A DNA stretch of 64,000 nucleotides from Candidatus Norongarragalina meridionalis (GCA_902384935.1 CABMDO010000019.1:31087-95086), one strand, 5' to 3'; counted from the stretch's first letter, positions 50,576 to 59,584 are shown. The notes: a model not told the origin generated them from the letters alone. A program made the numbers and translations.

Positions 50576-50833
50576 GTGTCGGACTACGAAGCGGTATTCA
50601 CAAAAAGCTTTGCGGAATCACTGCGAAAGCTCGACAAGTACGCCAAGGAAGTCGCGGAAAAGCGAATCGCGAAAATAATCGAGAAACCGCGGCTTTCCAA
50701 GAACCTCTGCGGCGATGCGTTCTATTTCGGCGAGAGATTCCTGCAATACAGGGTAGTTTTCAAGCTTGAGGGGAAAACCATAACGTTTCTGCGGCTGGGA
50801 AAGCGCGACAACGTCTATTCGCAATCTTTTTAA
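50576..50833 (+). CDS. RelE/ParE-superfamily toxin-like protein
   Basis: YEAVFTKSFAESLRKLDKYAKEVAEKRIAKIIEKP...LQYRVVFKLEGKTITFLRLGKRDNVY follows the RelE/ParE pattern (Y.i.f...a.k.l.kl...........i..l...P...........YRi.y.i.....i.il.ig.R..vY). GTG start. Confidence 0.6.
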   Translation: MSDYEAVFTKSFAESLRKLDKYAKEVAEKRIAKIIEKPRLSKNLCGDAFYFGERFLQYRVVFKLEGKTITFLRLGKRDNVYSQSF

Positions 50834-51151
50834 CGCCGAATTCTCACATCTTGACTGCATGATAAGTTTCGCGAAAAGGTTTTTGATAACGGTCGCGATA
50901 GTTTACGGATTTGGCGGTATTTTACGTACACAATAATTCGCCGGCAATTCGGACCTTACCGGTCATTATCTCGGTAATCATTATCACGATAATACCGATA
51001 GCGGTAATGATGTGGTACTGGCTCCCGAAATACAAGATGAAATGGTAGCCCCACGAGTTCGAGACGGCTTTGCTCTAAAGCCGTTTAAGACGAAAAGCGT
51101 ATATAGTTCTAAAATAAAAGCGGTGTTAAGCAAGGCGAAATGTAAATGGTA

Positions 51152-51316
51152 ATGGGCAATTTTTTGGGCGCCGCAATCGTGGCAATAATAAATCTTATTT
51201 TAGTCGATATAGGCGCATTCAAAACGGTAAAGAAAATATCGAGAACCCAATTGGTATTGATAAATATCGTTTTGGATTTATTAATAATTTTATTCATGTC
51301 TTTTGCTTTTAAATAA
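51152..51316 (+). CDS. Possible 54-aa two-TM micro-protein in the AT-rich islet
   Basis: My translation: MGNFLGAAIVAIINLILVDIGAFKTVKKISRTQLVLINIVLDLLIILFMSFAFK. It competes with antisense track ORF 51109..51297. No other support. Confidence 0.25.
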   Translation: MGNFLGAAIVAIINLILVDIGAFKTVKKISRTQLVLINIVLDLLIILFMSFAFK

Positions 51317-51403
51317 AAAAGGCTTGTTCCTGAATTATCAAGTCTGTTCCTTTATTCGTCTTTTCAGAGGCATTTCGGAGCAAAGCCCTCAGGGACGTAA
51401 TCT

Positions 51404-51411
51404 TTTTAAAT
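51404..51411 (+). promoter_or_regulatory. TATA-box-like element upstream of the L30e-NusA-S12-S7-EF2 operon
   Basis: TTTTAAAT ~125 nt upstream of the rpl30e ATG, implying a long leader. Confidence 0.35.
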
Positions 51412-51478
51412 GCCGGTTTCCCATATATGCTCCACTCATTTTACGCGAGACGTAAAAGTGGGGAGTAAACCTGCATGC

Positions 51479-51498
51479 GATGCATCTGCGGATGCATC
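51479..51498. repeat. Palindromic hairpin GATGCATC-TGCG-GATGCATC in the rpl30e leader
   Basis: Perfect 8-bp stem. The core is related to the 14780/14843 elements. Confidence 0.7.
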
Positions 51499-51536
51499 AA
51501 GCAAGGCGGGTTTGAGAACCATTAGGATTCAAAGGT

Positions 51537-51857
51537 ATGATGCATATGGCAGGCATAGAAGTAGACAAAAGCATAAGGTTGTGCGTCGACTCCGGCAAGG
51601 TGGAGCTGGGCGCGGACAAGACGAAGAAGCTTCTCCTTACGGGGGAGCCGAAGCTCGTCGTCATAGCCGCGAACTGCCCGACTAACACCGCGCAGGAGCT
51701 CAGGCGCTACGGCGAGCTGGCGGGCGTTCCCATACTCGATTATCCGGGAACCAGCATCGAGCTCGGCGTGGTTTGCGGAAGGCCCTTTACCGTCAGCGCA
51801 ATGGCGGTGATGAACGCGGGCAACTCCGAAATCATGCAGGCGGTGAAGAAGAAGTGA
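51537..51857 (+). CDS. rpl30e: Ribosomal protein L30e
   Basis: DKSIRLCVDSGKVELGADKTKKLLLTGEPKLVVIAANCP...ELGVVCGRPFTVSAMAVMNAGNS. Confidence 0.9.
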   Translation: MMHMAGIEVDKSIRLCVDSGKVELGADKTKKLLLTGEPKLVVIAANCPTNTAQELRRYGELAGVPILDYPGTSIELGVVCGRPFTVSAMAVMNAGNSEIMQAVKKK

Positions 51858-52264
51858 CGGCAAGGACGCTCACGAACGAGGAACTGCAGATAATGAACAT
51901 GTTCGAACAGAACACGGGCGCACGCGCAGAGGACGTGGTTATTGCCACGGACTCCGTCGTGTTCGTCGTACAGAAAGGCGATCTCGGACGCGCCATAGGC
52001 AAGCACGGCGCGAACATAGAGCGTTTGCACCGCGTTTTCGGCAGGGAAGTGGAAGTCGTCGAGAACTCCGAGGAAATCGGGGAATTCGTCGGCAATCTCT
52101 TCCGCCCTGCGATGATAGAGAGGCTCGACAACGCTAACGGAACCGTCACGATAAAGGTGGCGGACAAGGACAAGGGGCTCGCCATAGGCCGCGGGGGGAA
52201 ACGCGTGAATCGCGCGCGCATGCTCCTCAAGCGCCTGTTCGACAGCGAGCTGAGGGTGGTTTAG
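51854..52264 (+). CDS. nusA: Archaeal NusA-like transcription termination/antitermination factor (two KH domains)
   Basis: Two GXXG KH motifs ([12 protein letters not shown]; [12 protein letters not shown]). Canonical position between rpl30e and rps12. GTG 51854 overlaps the rpl30e stop. Confidence 0.85.
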   Translation: MTARTLTNEELQIMNMFEQNTGARAEDVVIATDSVVFVVQKGDLGRAIGKHGANIERLHRVFGREVEVVENSEEIGEFVGNLFRPAMIERLDNANGTVTIKVADKDKGLAIGRGGKRVNRARMLLKRLFDSELRVV

Positions 52265-52265
52265 G

Positions 52266-52694
52266 ATGGCACGGGGCGAATTCGCAGGAAGGATTCTCAA
52301 GTTGCAGCGCAAGAGACACAGGTGGCTGAAGAAGCCCTGGAAGCGCAAGGCTCTCAAAATCAAGGAGAAGTACGATCCGCTCGAGGGCGCGCCGCAGGCG
52401 AAGGGCATCGTTCTCAAGAAGGAAGGCAAGGAACAGAAGCAACCGCACTCGGGAATCATAAAGTGCGTGCGCGTGCAGCTCCTGAAGAACGGCAAAAAAG
52501 TAAGCGCCCACGTCCCGAAGGACAAGGCGATTACGAAGATAGACGAACACGACGAGGTTACGATTGAAGGGCTCGGAGGCTCGCAGCGCGGGCAGATGGG
52601 CTCCATCCCCGGCGTTCGCTATCGCGTCGTCGCGGTGAACGGCGTCTCGCTCGAGGAACTCAGAACCGGCAAGAAGGAGAAGCCGAAGAGGTAA
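52266..52694 (+). CDS. rps12: Ribosomal protein S12 (uS12)
   Basis: [45 protein letters not shown]...[14 protein letters not shown]. Confidence 0.95.
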   Translation: MARGEFAGRILKLQRKRHRWLKKPWKRKALKIKEKYDPLEGAPQAKGIVLKKEGKEQKQPHSGIIKCVRVQLLKNGKKVSAHVPKDKAITKIDEHDEVTIEGLGGSQRGQMGSIPGVRYRVVAVNGVSLEELRTGKKEKPKR

Positions 52695-52700
52695 TTTGAA

Positions 52701-53303
52701 ATGGAAACCAAGCTGTTCGGCAAATACTCGTACGACGTCAAGGTGAACGACATCAGCCTTGCCCAGAACATATCGCTGAAGCCGCTCGAAATCCCGCACA
52801 CGTTCGCGCGCCACGGCAACAAGCAATTCGCGAAAGGAAAGGTGAACATAGTGGAACGCCTCGCGAACAAGCTCATGCGCGGAGGAACAGGCGAGAAAGT
52901 CGGCGGGCGCGTGATTCGCACGCACGGACGGCTACAGGGAAAGAAGCTGAAGGTGCTGAAGGTAATCCGGGACGCGTTCGCGATAATCGAGAAGAAAACG
53001 GGAAAGAATCCGCTTCAGTTGCTCGTCGACGCGCTTGAGAACAGCGCGCCTTCAGAGGACATAACGCGCGTACGCTTCGGAGGCGTTTCCTACCAGGTAG
53101 CCGTGGATATCAGCGCGCAGAGGCGCCTTGATTTGGCGCTTAGGAACGTCGCTCTGGCCGCAATCATGAGCGCATTCAACAGCAAGACGACGCTGGCGGA
53201 AGCGCTGGCGAACGAGCTCACGCTTGCCGGAATGAACGACCAGACGAGTTACGCTATCAAACGCAAGAACGAGATGGAGCGCATCTCGAGATCCGCGAGG
53301 TAA
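52701..53303 (+). CDS. rps7: Ribosomal protein S7 (uS7)
   Basis: ...VERLANKLMRGG...NPLQLLVDALENSAPSEDITRVRFGGVSYQVAVDIS..RRLDLALRN. Confidence 0.95.
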   Translation: METKLFGKYSYDVKVNDISLAQNISLKPLEIPHTFARHGNKQFAKGKVNIVERLANKLMRGGTGEKVGGRVIRTHGRLQGKKLKVLKVIRDAFAIIEKKTGKNPLQLLVDALENSAPSEDITRVRFGGVSYQVAVDISAQRRLDLALRNVALAAIMSAFNSKTTLAEALANELTLAGMNDQTSYAIKRKNEMERISRSAR

Positions 53304-53308
53304 TCCTA

Positions 53309-55495
53309 ATGGCACGAAAAGAAGTCGTAGTCGAAGACGTTGTCCGCCTAATGGCGAACCGCGACAGGATACGCAACGTCGGAATCGTCGCGCACGTGGA
53401 CCACGGAAAAACCACGCTCAGCGACTCTCTCGTCGCGAGGGCGGGGCTCATCTCCAAGGAGCTCGCGGGCGAGCAGCGCGTGCTGGATTACGACGAGCAG
53501 GAGCAGGCGCGCGGCATTACCATCAAGGCGGCAAATATTTCGCTCGGCTTTACGTACGACAAACAGGAATATCTCGTCAATCTTATCGACACTCCCGGGC
53601 ACGTGGACTTCGGAGGGCACGTCACGCGCGCAATGCGCGCCGTAGACGGCGTCGTTCTCGTGGTGGACAGCGTCGAGGCGGTAATGCCGCAGACGGAAAC
53701 CGTCCTCAGGCAGGCGCTTAAGGAAAAGGTGCGCCCGGTTCTTTTCATCAACAAGATAGACCGCCTCATCAACGAGCTGAAGCTCGACGCCAAGGGCATG
53801 CAGGACAGGTTCATCAAAATCATCACGAGCGTCAACAATCTCATCGAGACGTACGGCCCTCCCGAGTTCAAGGAGGAGTGGATGATAAAGGTCGAAAAAG
53901 GGAACGTCGCGTTCGGAACGGGATTCCACAAATGGGCGATCAGCTACCCGCGCATGAAGGAGACGGGAATCACGTTCGGTGATATTTACAAATTCTGCGC
54001 CGAGGGAAACCACACGGAATTGCAGAAGAAGGCGCCAGTCGACGAGGTAATACTCGAGATGGTCGTCAAGCACCTCCCGTCGCCGAACACGTCGCAGAGA
54101 TACAGGATTCCCGTCATCTGGCAGGGCGACATCGCGAGCGAGCACGGCAAGGGCATGGTGAACTGCGACCCGAACGCAAAGGTTACGTTCATGGTAACCG
54201 CAATCCAGGTGGACGAGCACGCCGGCGAAGTGGCAATCGGACGCATTTATTCGGGCACCGCCCGCAAGGGAATGGACCTCTACATGGGTTCCCAGTACAA
54301 GACCGAGAAGCTGCAGGGAGTCGCGATTTACATGGGACCCGACCGCGTTCCCGTCGAGGCGGCGACTGCCGGAAACATCATCGCGCTGGTCGGACTCGGA
54401 GAGGTTTACGCCGGAGAGACGCTCTCGGAAGGCCAGATGGTGCCGTTCGAGAAGATAAAGCACCACTCCGAACCCGTCGTAACCAAGAGCATCGAAGCGA
54501 AGAACCCGCGCGACTTGGTAAAGCTGATCGACGCCCTCCGCAAGATAGCGAAGGAAGACCCGACGGTCCGCGTTGAAATCAACCAGGAAACCGGCGAGCA
54601 TCTGCTTTCGGGAATGGGAGAGCTGCACCTCGAAATCATCGAATACAAGATATCGCACGAGCGCGGCGTGGCAATCGAGACGTCGCCGCCCATCGTCGTC
54701 TATCACGAGACAATCGGCGAGGAAGGCCCCGAAGTCGAGGGAAAATCGCCGAACAAGCACAACAAGTTCAAGATACAGGTGGAGCCGCTGCCCGAAACCG
54801 TTTTGAAGGCGATAAACGAAGGCGAAATCGACGACAAGACAAAGGGCAAGGACCTCATCGAGCGCCTTATCAAAGCAGGAATGGAGCGCGACGACGCGAA
54901 GAAGGTGATTTGCGTCTACGGAAGCAACGTCTTCATCGATTCTACGAAGGGAGTGCAGGGCTTGCAGGACATCCGCGAGCTCCTGACGGAAGCGTACAAG
55001 GACGCGATGAAGGCGGGTCCGCAGGCGAAGGAGTCGTGCGTCGGCGTGGTCGTGCGCCTCAACGACGCCACCATCCACGTGGACCCCGCGCATCGCGGTC
55101 CGTCGCAGATTATACCCGCAATAAAACGCCCGATATTCGCGAGCATGCTGCAGGCGAAGCCCGCACTGCTCGAACCCAAGCAGAAGCTCGTCGTCACGGC
55201 GCCGACCGACTACCTGAGCGGAGTCATCAACCAAATAAACGCGAGGCGCGGACAGGTTACGGACATCGCACAGGACTTGGGCGCGTCGAACGTCACCGCC
55301 AACGTGCCCGTTGCCACGATGTTCGGATTCGCGAATGACATCCGCGGCGCGACGCAGGGCCGCGCGGCGTGGTATTACGAATTCCTGGGCTACGAAAAGT
55401 TGCCCGCATCGCTGCAGGGAACAACAATCGCGTCCATACGCAAGCGCAAGGGCGAATCCGAGATGGTGCCGACTGCGCGCGACTTCATGGAATAA
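53309..55495 (+). CDS. fusA: Translation elongation factor 2 (aEF-2)
   Basis: IRNVGIVAHVDHGKTTLSD, DTPGHVDFGG, NKIDR; domain IV/V present; 728 aa. Confidence 0.95.
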   Translation: MARKEVVVEDVVRLMANRDRIRNVGIVAHVDHGKTTLSDSLVARAGLISKELAGEQRVLDYDEQEQARGITIKAANISLGFTYDKQEYLVNLIDTPGHVDFGGHVTRAMRAVDGVVLVVDSVEAVMPQTETVLRQALKEKVRPVLFINKIDRLINELKLDAKGMQDRFIKIITSVNNLIETYGPPEFKEEWMIKVEKGNVAFGTGFHKWAISYPRMKETGITFGDIYKFCAEGNHTELQKKAPVDEVILEMVVKHLPSPNTSQRYRIPVIWQGDIASEHGKGMVNCDPNAKVTFMVTAIQVDEHAGEVAIGRIYSGTARKGMDLYMGSQYKTEKLQGVAIYMGPDRVPVEAATAGNIIALVGLGEVYAGETLSEGQMVPFEKIKHHSEPVVTKSIEAKNPRDLVKLIDALRKIAKEDPTVRVEINQETGEHLLSGMGELHLEIIEYKISHERGVAIETSPPIVVYHETIGEEGPEVEGKSPNKHNKFKIQVEPLPETVLKAINEGEIDDKTKGKDLIERLIKAGMERDDAKKVICVYGSNVFIDSTKGVQGLQDIRELLTEAYKDAMKAGPQAKESCVGVVVRLNDATIHVDPAHRGPSQIIPAIKRPIFASMLQAKPALLEPKQKLVVTAPTDYLSGVINQINARRGQVTDIAQDLGASNVTANVPVATMFGFANDIRGATQGRAAWYYEFLGYEKLPASLQGTTIASIRKRKGESEMVPTARDFME

Positions 55496-55575
55496 GGATT
55501 CCGAGGAAAAGCCTTAAAAACGGGTTTCGACAGGATATAGTTCCTGCTTATCCCGCAGAACTGATCGCGTTGCAG

Positions 55576-55603
55576 GACGCGCCGTGATTCGAGAAAGCGC
55601 GTC
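55576..55603 (+). promoter_or_regulatory. Hairpin (GACGCGC / GCGCGTC, 14-nt loop) in the rpl1 leader
   Basis: 7-bp perfect inverted repeat, 31 nt upstream of the rpl1 ATG. Function unknown. Confidence 0.3.
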
Positions 55604-55633
55604 AGGTCCGCTATCAGAAGGGGATTGACAGAC

Positions 55634-56272
55634 ATGCCGATAACGAAGGAACACATTACGAAGGCTCTTGAAGCCGCCCTAGCCGAGGGCAAAGGCAAGC
55701 GCAAGTTCACGCAGAGCGTCGACCTCGCGGTGGGCTTCAAGGACATCGATTTCAACAAGGCGGAAAACAGGCTGAATCTGGACATTGTCCTCCCGCACCC
55801 GCCGAAGAAGGCGAAAATCGCGATTTACGCGGACGCCACCATCATGACGAAGGCGCGCGAAGTCGCGGACCTTATTATCATGGCGGACGAGATTCCGGTT
55901 TACGCTTCCGACAAGAAGAAGCAGAAGCAGTTGCTCGACTACAACGGGCTCGCGGCTCCGTCGCTCATGGTGCCGATCGGAAAGGCGCTCGGACAGTTCC
56001 TCGGAGCCAAGGGAAGGCTGCCGAAGCCGATTATGCCGAACGCCGACCTGAAGGAAGTGGTGGAGCGCACGCGCAGGACCATCAACATCAAGAGCAAGGG
56101 CAAGTACCTTCCCGCGGTAAGCTGCATAATCGGAAACGAGAACATGCCCGTCGCGGAGATGACGGAGAACGTGCTTACGATTTTCGAAGCCATAGAAAAG
56201 AAGGTGCCCGAGCACAACATCAAGAGCGTTTTCATCAAGACCACGATGGGCAAGCCCGCGAAGCTATTGTGA
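55634..56272 (+). CDS. rpl1: Ribosomal protein L1 (uL1)
   Basis: MPITKEHITKALEAALAEGKGKRKFTQSVDLAVGFKDIDF... (track ORF starts at TTG 55625). Confidence 0.9.
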   Translation: MPITKEHITKALEAALAEGKGKRKFTQSVDLAVGFKDIDFNKAENRLNLDIVLPHPPKKAKIAIYADATIMTKAREVADLIIMADEIPVYASDKKKQKQLLDYNGLAAPSLMVPIGKALGQFLGAKGRLPKPIMPNADLKEVVERTRRTINIKSKGKYLPAVSCIIGNENMPVAEMTENVLTIFEAIEKKVPEHNIKSVFIKTTMGKPAKLL

Positions 56273-56276
56273 TAAC

Positions 56277-57119
56277 ATGCCGACGAAGAAGGAAAAAATT
56301 GAATCCGTCGCGCGCATAAAGAAGGACTTGGCGCGCCACAAGACGGTAGCGATCGCCACGATCGCCAGCCTTCCGGCGAAGCACTATCTTTCGATAAAGA
56401 AGCAGACGCGCAAGGACGTTACTATTGAATTCGCGCGCCAGACCCTGCTGAAAAGGGCGCTCGAAGAGAGCGGACGCGCGGAACTGAAGCCCCTCGAAGC
56501 AAAGTTCACGAATGGCGCGGTAATCATAGTGTCCGACCTCGATGCGTTCAAGCTTTACGCTCTGTTCAAACGCAGCAAGAGCAAGACGTTCGCGAAGCCC
56601 GGCGCAATCGCACCGTCCGACATAACCGTGCCCGCAGGCGAAACTAGCCTCGCTCCGGGCCCCGTGCTCACGGAGCTGAAGCAGGCGAAGATAGACGCGA
56701 GAATTTCCGGCACGAAGGTAACCATCGCGAGGGACGCGTTGGTTGCGAAGAAGGGCGAGCCCATCAGCGACCCCGTTGCGAAGATACTCATGAAGCTCGG
56801 AATCGAGCCGTTCGAAATCGGAATCGACATTATTTCGGTGTACGACAACGGCACGATTTACGAAGGCGCCGCGCTCAACATCGACGAGGAGGGCTTCAGG
56901 CAGAGCCTAATCGACTGCCACCGTGAGGCGCTGAATCTGTGCGTGTTCGCCGAAATCTGGAACGAAACCAGCGCGCCGCTCATCGTTCAGAAAGCCGCGC
57001 GCGAAGGAAATGCGATAAACAAGCTTATAGAATCGAAGAAACCTGCTGCGCCTGCAGAAGCGCCCGCCGTTGAAGCGGCGCCTGCTGCTGCGCCCGCGCA
57101 GGAAAAAGAGGGATCATGA
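56277..57119 (+). CDS. rpl10: Ribosomal protein L10 (uL10/P0)
   Basis: Typical archaeal P0 N-domain, Ala/Pro-rich hinge and acidic C-terminus. Position between L1 and P1. Confidence 0.9.
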   Translation: MPTKKEKIESVARIKKDLARHKTVAIATIASLPAKHYLSIKKQTRKDVTIEFARQTLLKRALEESGRAELKPLEAKFTNGAVIIVSDLDAFKLYALFKRSKSKTFAKPGAIAPSDITVPAGETSLAPGPVLTELKQAKIDARISGTKVTIARDALVAKKGEPISDPVAKILMKLGIEPFEIGIDIISVYDNGTIYEGAALNIDEEGFRQSLIDCHREALNLCVFAEIWNETSAPLIVQKAAREGNAINKLIESKKPAAPAEAPAVEAAPAAAPAQEKEGS

Positions 57120-57421
57120 TGAAAGACGTATACGCGGCTTTGCTCCTGCACTCTGCAGGGCAGAAGGTCACTGAGGACTCCGTGTCCAAGGTTCTCGCCG
57201 CCGCAGGCATCAAGGAAGATGCGACGAAGGTGAAGGCGCTTTGCATAGCGCTCGAGGGCGTCAACATCGACGAGGCAATCAAGCAGGCCGCAGTCGTTGC
57301 CGCTCCCGCAGCAGCTGGCGGAGCCGCCGCAGGCGAGAAGAAGGAAGCAGCCCCTGACGAAAAGAGCGAAGCCCAGAAGGAAGAGGAAGCGTCCGCAGGA
57401 CTCGCCGCGCTGTTCGGGTAA
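57116..57421 (+). CDS. rpl12: Ribosomal stalk protein L12 (aP1)
   Basis: MKDVYAALLLHSAGQKVTEDSV...; Ala-rich hinge; conserved C-terminus EEASAGLAALFG. Confidence 0.9.
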   Translation: MMKDVYAALLLHSAGQKVTEDSVSKVLAAAGIKEDATKVKALCIALEGVNIDEAIKQAAVVAAPAAAGGAAAGEKKEAAPDEKSEAQKEEEASAGLAALFG

Positions 57422-57576
57422 AATCAGAACCGAGCGGTGCGACGTTCCAAAGCGTACGTGCCGCCCGTTACCGAAAACGCGGCGTTCGCCTAGCGTCGGG
57501 GATGCACACCTAATCCTAATTTTAGTTTTTCAGTTGACCCAGCGAAGCAATAAGCAAAGATATAAATTGTTTCTTC

Positions 57577-57999
57577 GTGCCCAGTTATTCGGAGGTGCAT
57601 GCAGTGTTGTTTTTTATAAAATCTAGGAGAGCATATGCAGGAATACGATATAATGTAGAGCCGCCTAGAAGCGTAAGACATGCAGTCGAAATTAAGAAAA
57701 ACATACTGGATTACGTTTCAGGCACACGCAACCCTCAAACGAACTTAACAATAAGAACATACCAGCGCGTTGGACTCTTGGGACCCGAAGACATAAAAGA
57801 AATTAGGAATTACCGCAAAGGGAAAATTGAAAAACGTGGAAAGAATGGTAAAACAATAGTTAAACACATCACAGTTATACAACTCCAAAAATGGATGATT
57901 GACTTCTCCTCCAAAATCCACGATAGGATTAGAACCAACGAAAAACTTGCGGGCAAATTAGACAGAGAATTTCCGCACGTGATTAGGAGTTCTAACTAG
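57577..57999 (+). CDS. AT-rich orphan ORF
   Basis: Only long ORF in the AT-rich 57.43-58.0 kb interval. Non-ATG start; Lys/Ile-rich; no family recognised. Confidence 0.3.
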   Translation: MPSYSEVHAVLFFIKSRRAYAGIRYNVEPPRSVRHAVEIKKNILDYVSGTRNPQTNLTIRTYQRVGLLGPEDIKEIRNYRKGKIEKRGKNGKTIVKHITVIQLQKWMIDFSSKIHDRIRTNEKLAGKLDREFPHVIRSSN

Positions 58000-59507
58000 A
58001 CGTTCGTGAACTCGCGCATGCTGTTGCGGATGAGCTGCTCCACCTGCTCAATCGGGAAGCGCACCTGCTTGCCCGAATCCCTATCCCTGACGGTGACGGT
58101 GCCGTCCGTGAGCGTGTCGTAGTCAACTGTGACGCAATAAGGAGTTCCGACTTCGTCCTGGCGCGCGTAGCGCCTGCCGATGCTTCCGGACTCGTCATAT
58201 TCGCAGGCGAAGTGCTTGCGCAGTTCCTCGAACACTGCTCTGCCCTTCTCCGCCAAACCGTCCTTCTTCATCAGCGGGAACACCGCCACGGTTACGGGTG
58301 CGATTTCGGGGTGAAGGTGCAGGACGTTTCTCACGCCCTCCTTGTCGGGCTTTTCCTCGAATGCGTCCACAAGGAGCGCAAGAAATACGCGGTCAATTCC
58401 GCCGGACGGTTCTATCACCACGGGCACGAACTTCTGCTTCGACGCCTCGTCGAAAAGCGACATATCCTTTCCGGAAGCTTTTGCATGCTGCGTCACGTCG
58501 TAGTCCCCGCGGTTAGCCACGCCGAGCAACTCCTTCCAGCCCCACTCGCCGTAATTGAATTCAACGTCCCACGTTTCACGGGAATAATGCGAGAGCTCGC
58601 CCGAGACGTGCTGCCTGAGGCGCATGCTTTTGTTCTTCAACCCGATTGACTGCAGCCACGAAACGCATTCCGCGAGCCAGTAAGCGTGCCATTTGGTGCC
58701 GATTATCTTTTTGTCTATCATATCGGCAAAGGAAATAATGGCGGCTTCCGACTTCTTTTCCTGCGCCTCGGCGGTGAGAACCGCGATTTCGACGGAGAGC
58801 AGACTTTCGGGAAGCGTGCATTCGTTCAGCTTATCTGGATGCACGAAATATTCCACTTCCATCTGCGTGAACTCGCGAACCCTGAAAAGGAAATTCCGGG
58901 GGGCAATCTCGTTCCTGAACGCCCTGCCCAACTGGGCTATGCCGAACGGCACCTGCTTTCTGCTCGCGAGCGAAACCGTCTTGTAATCGGTGAAGATGTT
59001 CTGCGCGGTTTCTGGGCGCAGATAAATCTCGCTCGCCTCGTCGGCAACGGCGCCGGCGTACGTCTTGAACATGAGGTTGAACGGCTTCGCTTCGCCGAGT
59101 TCGCCCTTGCACTTGGGGCAGCGGAGCTTGTGCTCCTTGATGAGTTCGCCGAGCTTTTCCATCGGCAACCCCTCGACGCTGATTTTCAGCTCTTCCTCCA
59201 CGAGATGATCCGCGCGGAAGCGCGAGCGGCATTTGACGCAGGAAACAAGAGGGTCGTTGAACGCGTCCAGATGCCCAGACGCCTTCCATACCGCTCTCGG
59301 AAGAAGCAACGCGCCGTCCACGCCGACGACATCCTCGCGGTGCTTGACGAAGCAATCCCACCACGAGTGCTCCACGTTTCTCTTCAGATGCGCGCCGTAT
59401 CCCGCGTACTCGAAGAATCCCGCCAACTGCCCGTAGGCGTCCGCTGACGCGAGCACGAACCCTCGGCGCGAGCAGAGGTTGACTACTTTTTCCATGCTGG
59501 AAGCCAT
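57996..59507 (-). CDS. glyS: Glycyl-tRNA synthetase (archaeal/eukaryal alpha2 type)
   Basis: RRGFVLASADAYGQLAGFFEYAGYG, class II motif 2 GRAFRNEIAPRNFLFRVREFTQMEVEYF, motif 3 region SGGIDRV, anticodon-binding C-domain. Confidence 0.9.
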   Translation of the reverse strand: MASSMEKVVNLCSRRGFVLASADAYGQLAGFFEYAGYGAHLKRNVEHSWWDCFVKHREDVVGVDGALLLPRAVWKASGHLDAFNDPLVSCVKCRSRFRADHLVEEELKISVEGLPMEKLGELIKEHKLRCPKCKGELGEAKPFNLMFKTYAGAVADEASEIYLRPETAQNIFTDYKTVSLASRKQVPFGIAQLGRAFRNEIAPRNFLFRVREFTQMEVEYFVHPDKLNECTLPESLLSVEIAVLTAEAQEKKSEAAIISFADMIDKKIIGTKWHAYWLAECVSWLQSIGLKNKSMRLRQHVSGELSHYSRETWDVEFNYGEWGWKELLGVANRGDYDVTQHAKASGKDMSLFDEASKQKFVPVVIEPSGGIDRVFLALLVDAFEEKPDKEGVRNVLHLHPEIAPVTVAVFPLMKKDGLAEKGRAVFEELRKHFACEYDESGSIGRRYARQDEVGTPYCVTVDYDTLTDGTVTVRDRDSGKQVRFPIEQVEQLIRNSMREFTNV

Positions 59508-59584
59508 ACGGTATTTAATAGGCGGGGGATTAAATATCTTGTCTGGCGCGCCGTGCGGGCATTGACGCCAAGACGGGTGATTTC

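Noticed and set aside
51109-51297. 62-aa minus-strand track ORF in the AT-rich islet
   Set aside because: Its composition (Ile/Asn/Thr-rich) is what AT-rich DNA yields in any frame. The plus-strand 54-aa ORF looks more like a real two-TM peptide, but neither is well supported.
51432-51461. Possible kink-turn (L30e/L7Ae binding site) in the rpl30e leader hairpin
   Set aside because: It has the helix / 3-nt bulge / helix geometry, but the helix after the bulge starts with U-A pairs. Canonical K-turns have tandem sheared G-A pairs there. I kept it only as a generic structured leader.
53348-55234. 628-aa minus-strand ORF
   Set aside because: It is antisense to aEF-2 and has shadow-ORF composition.
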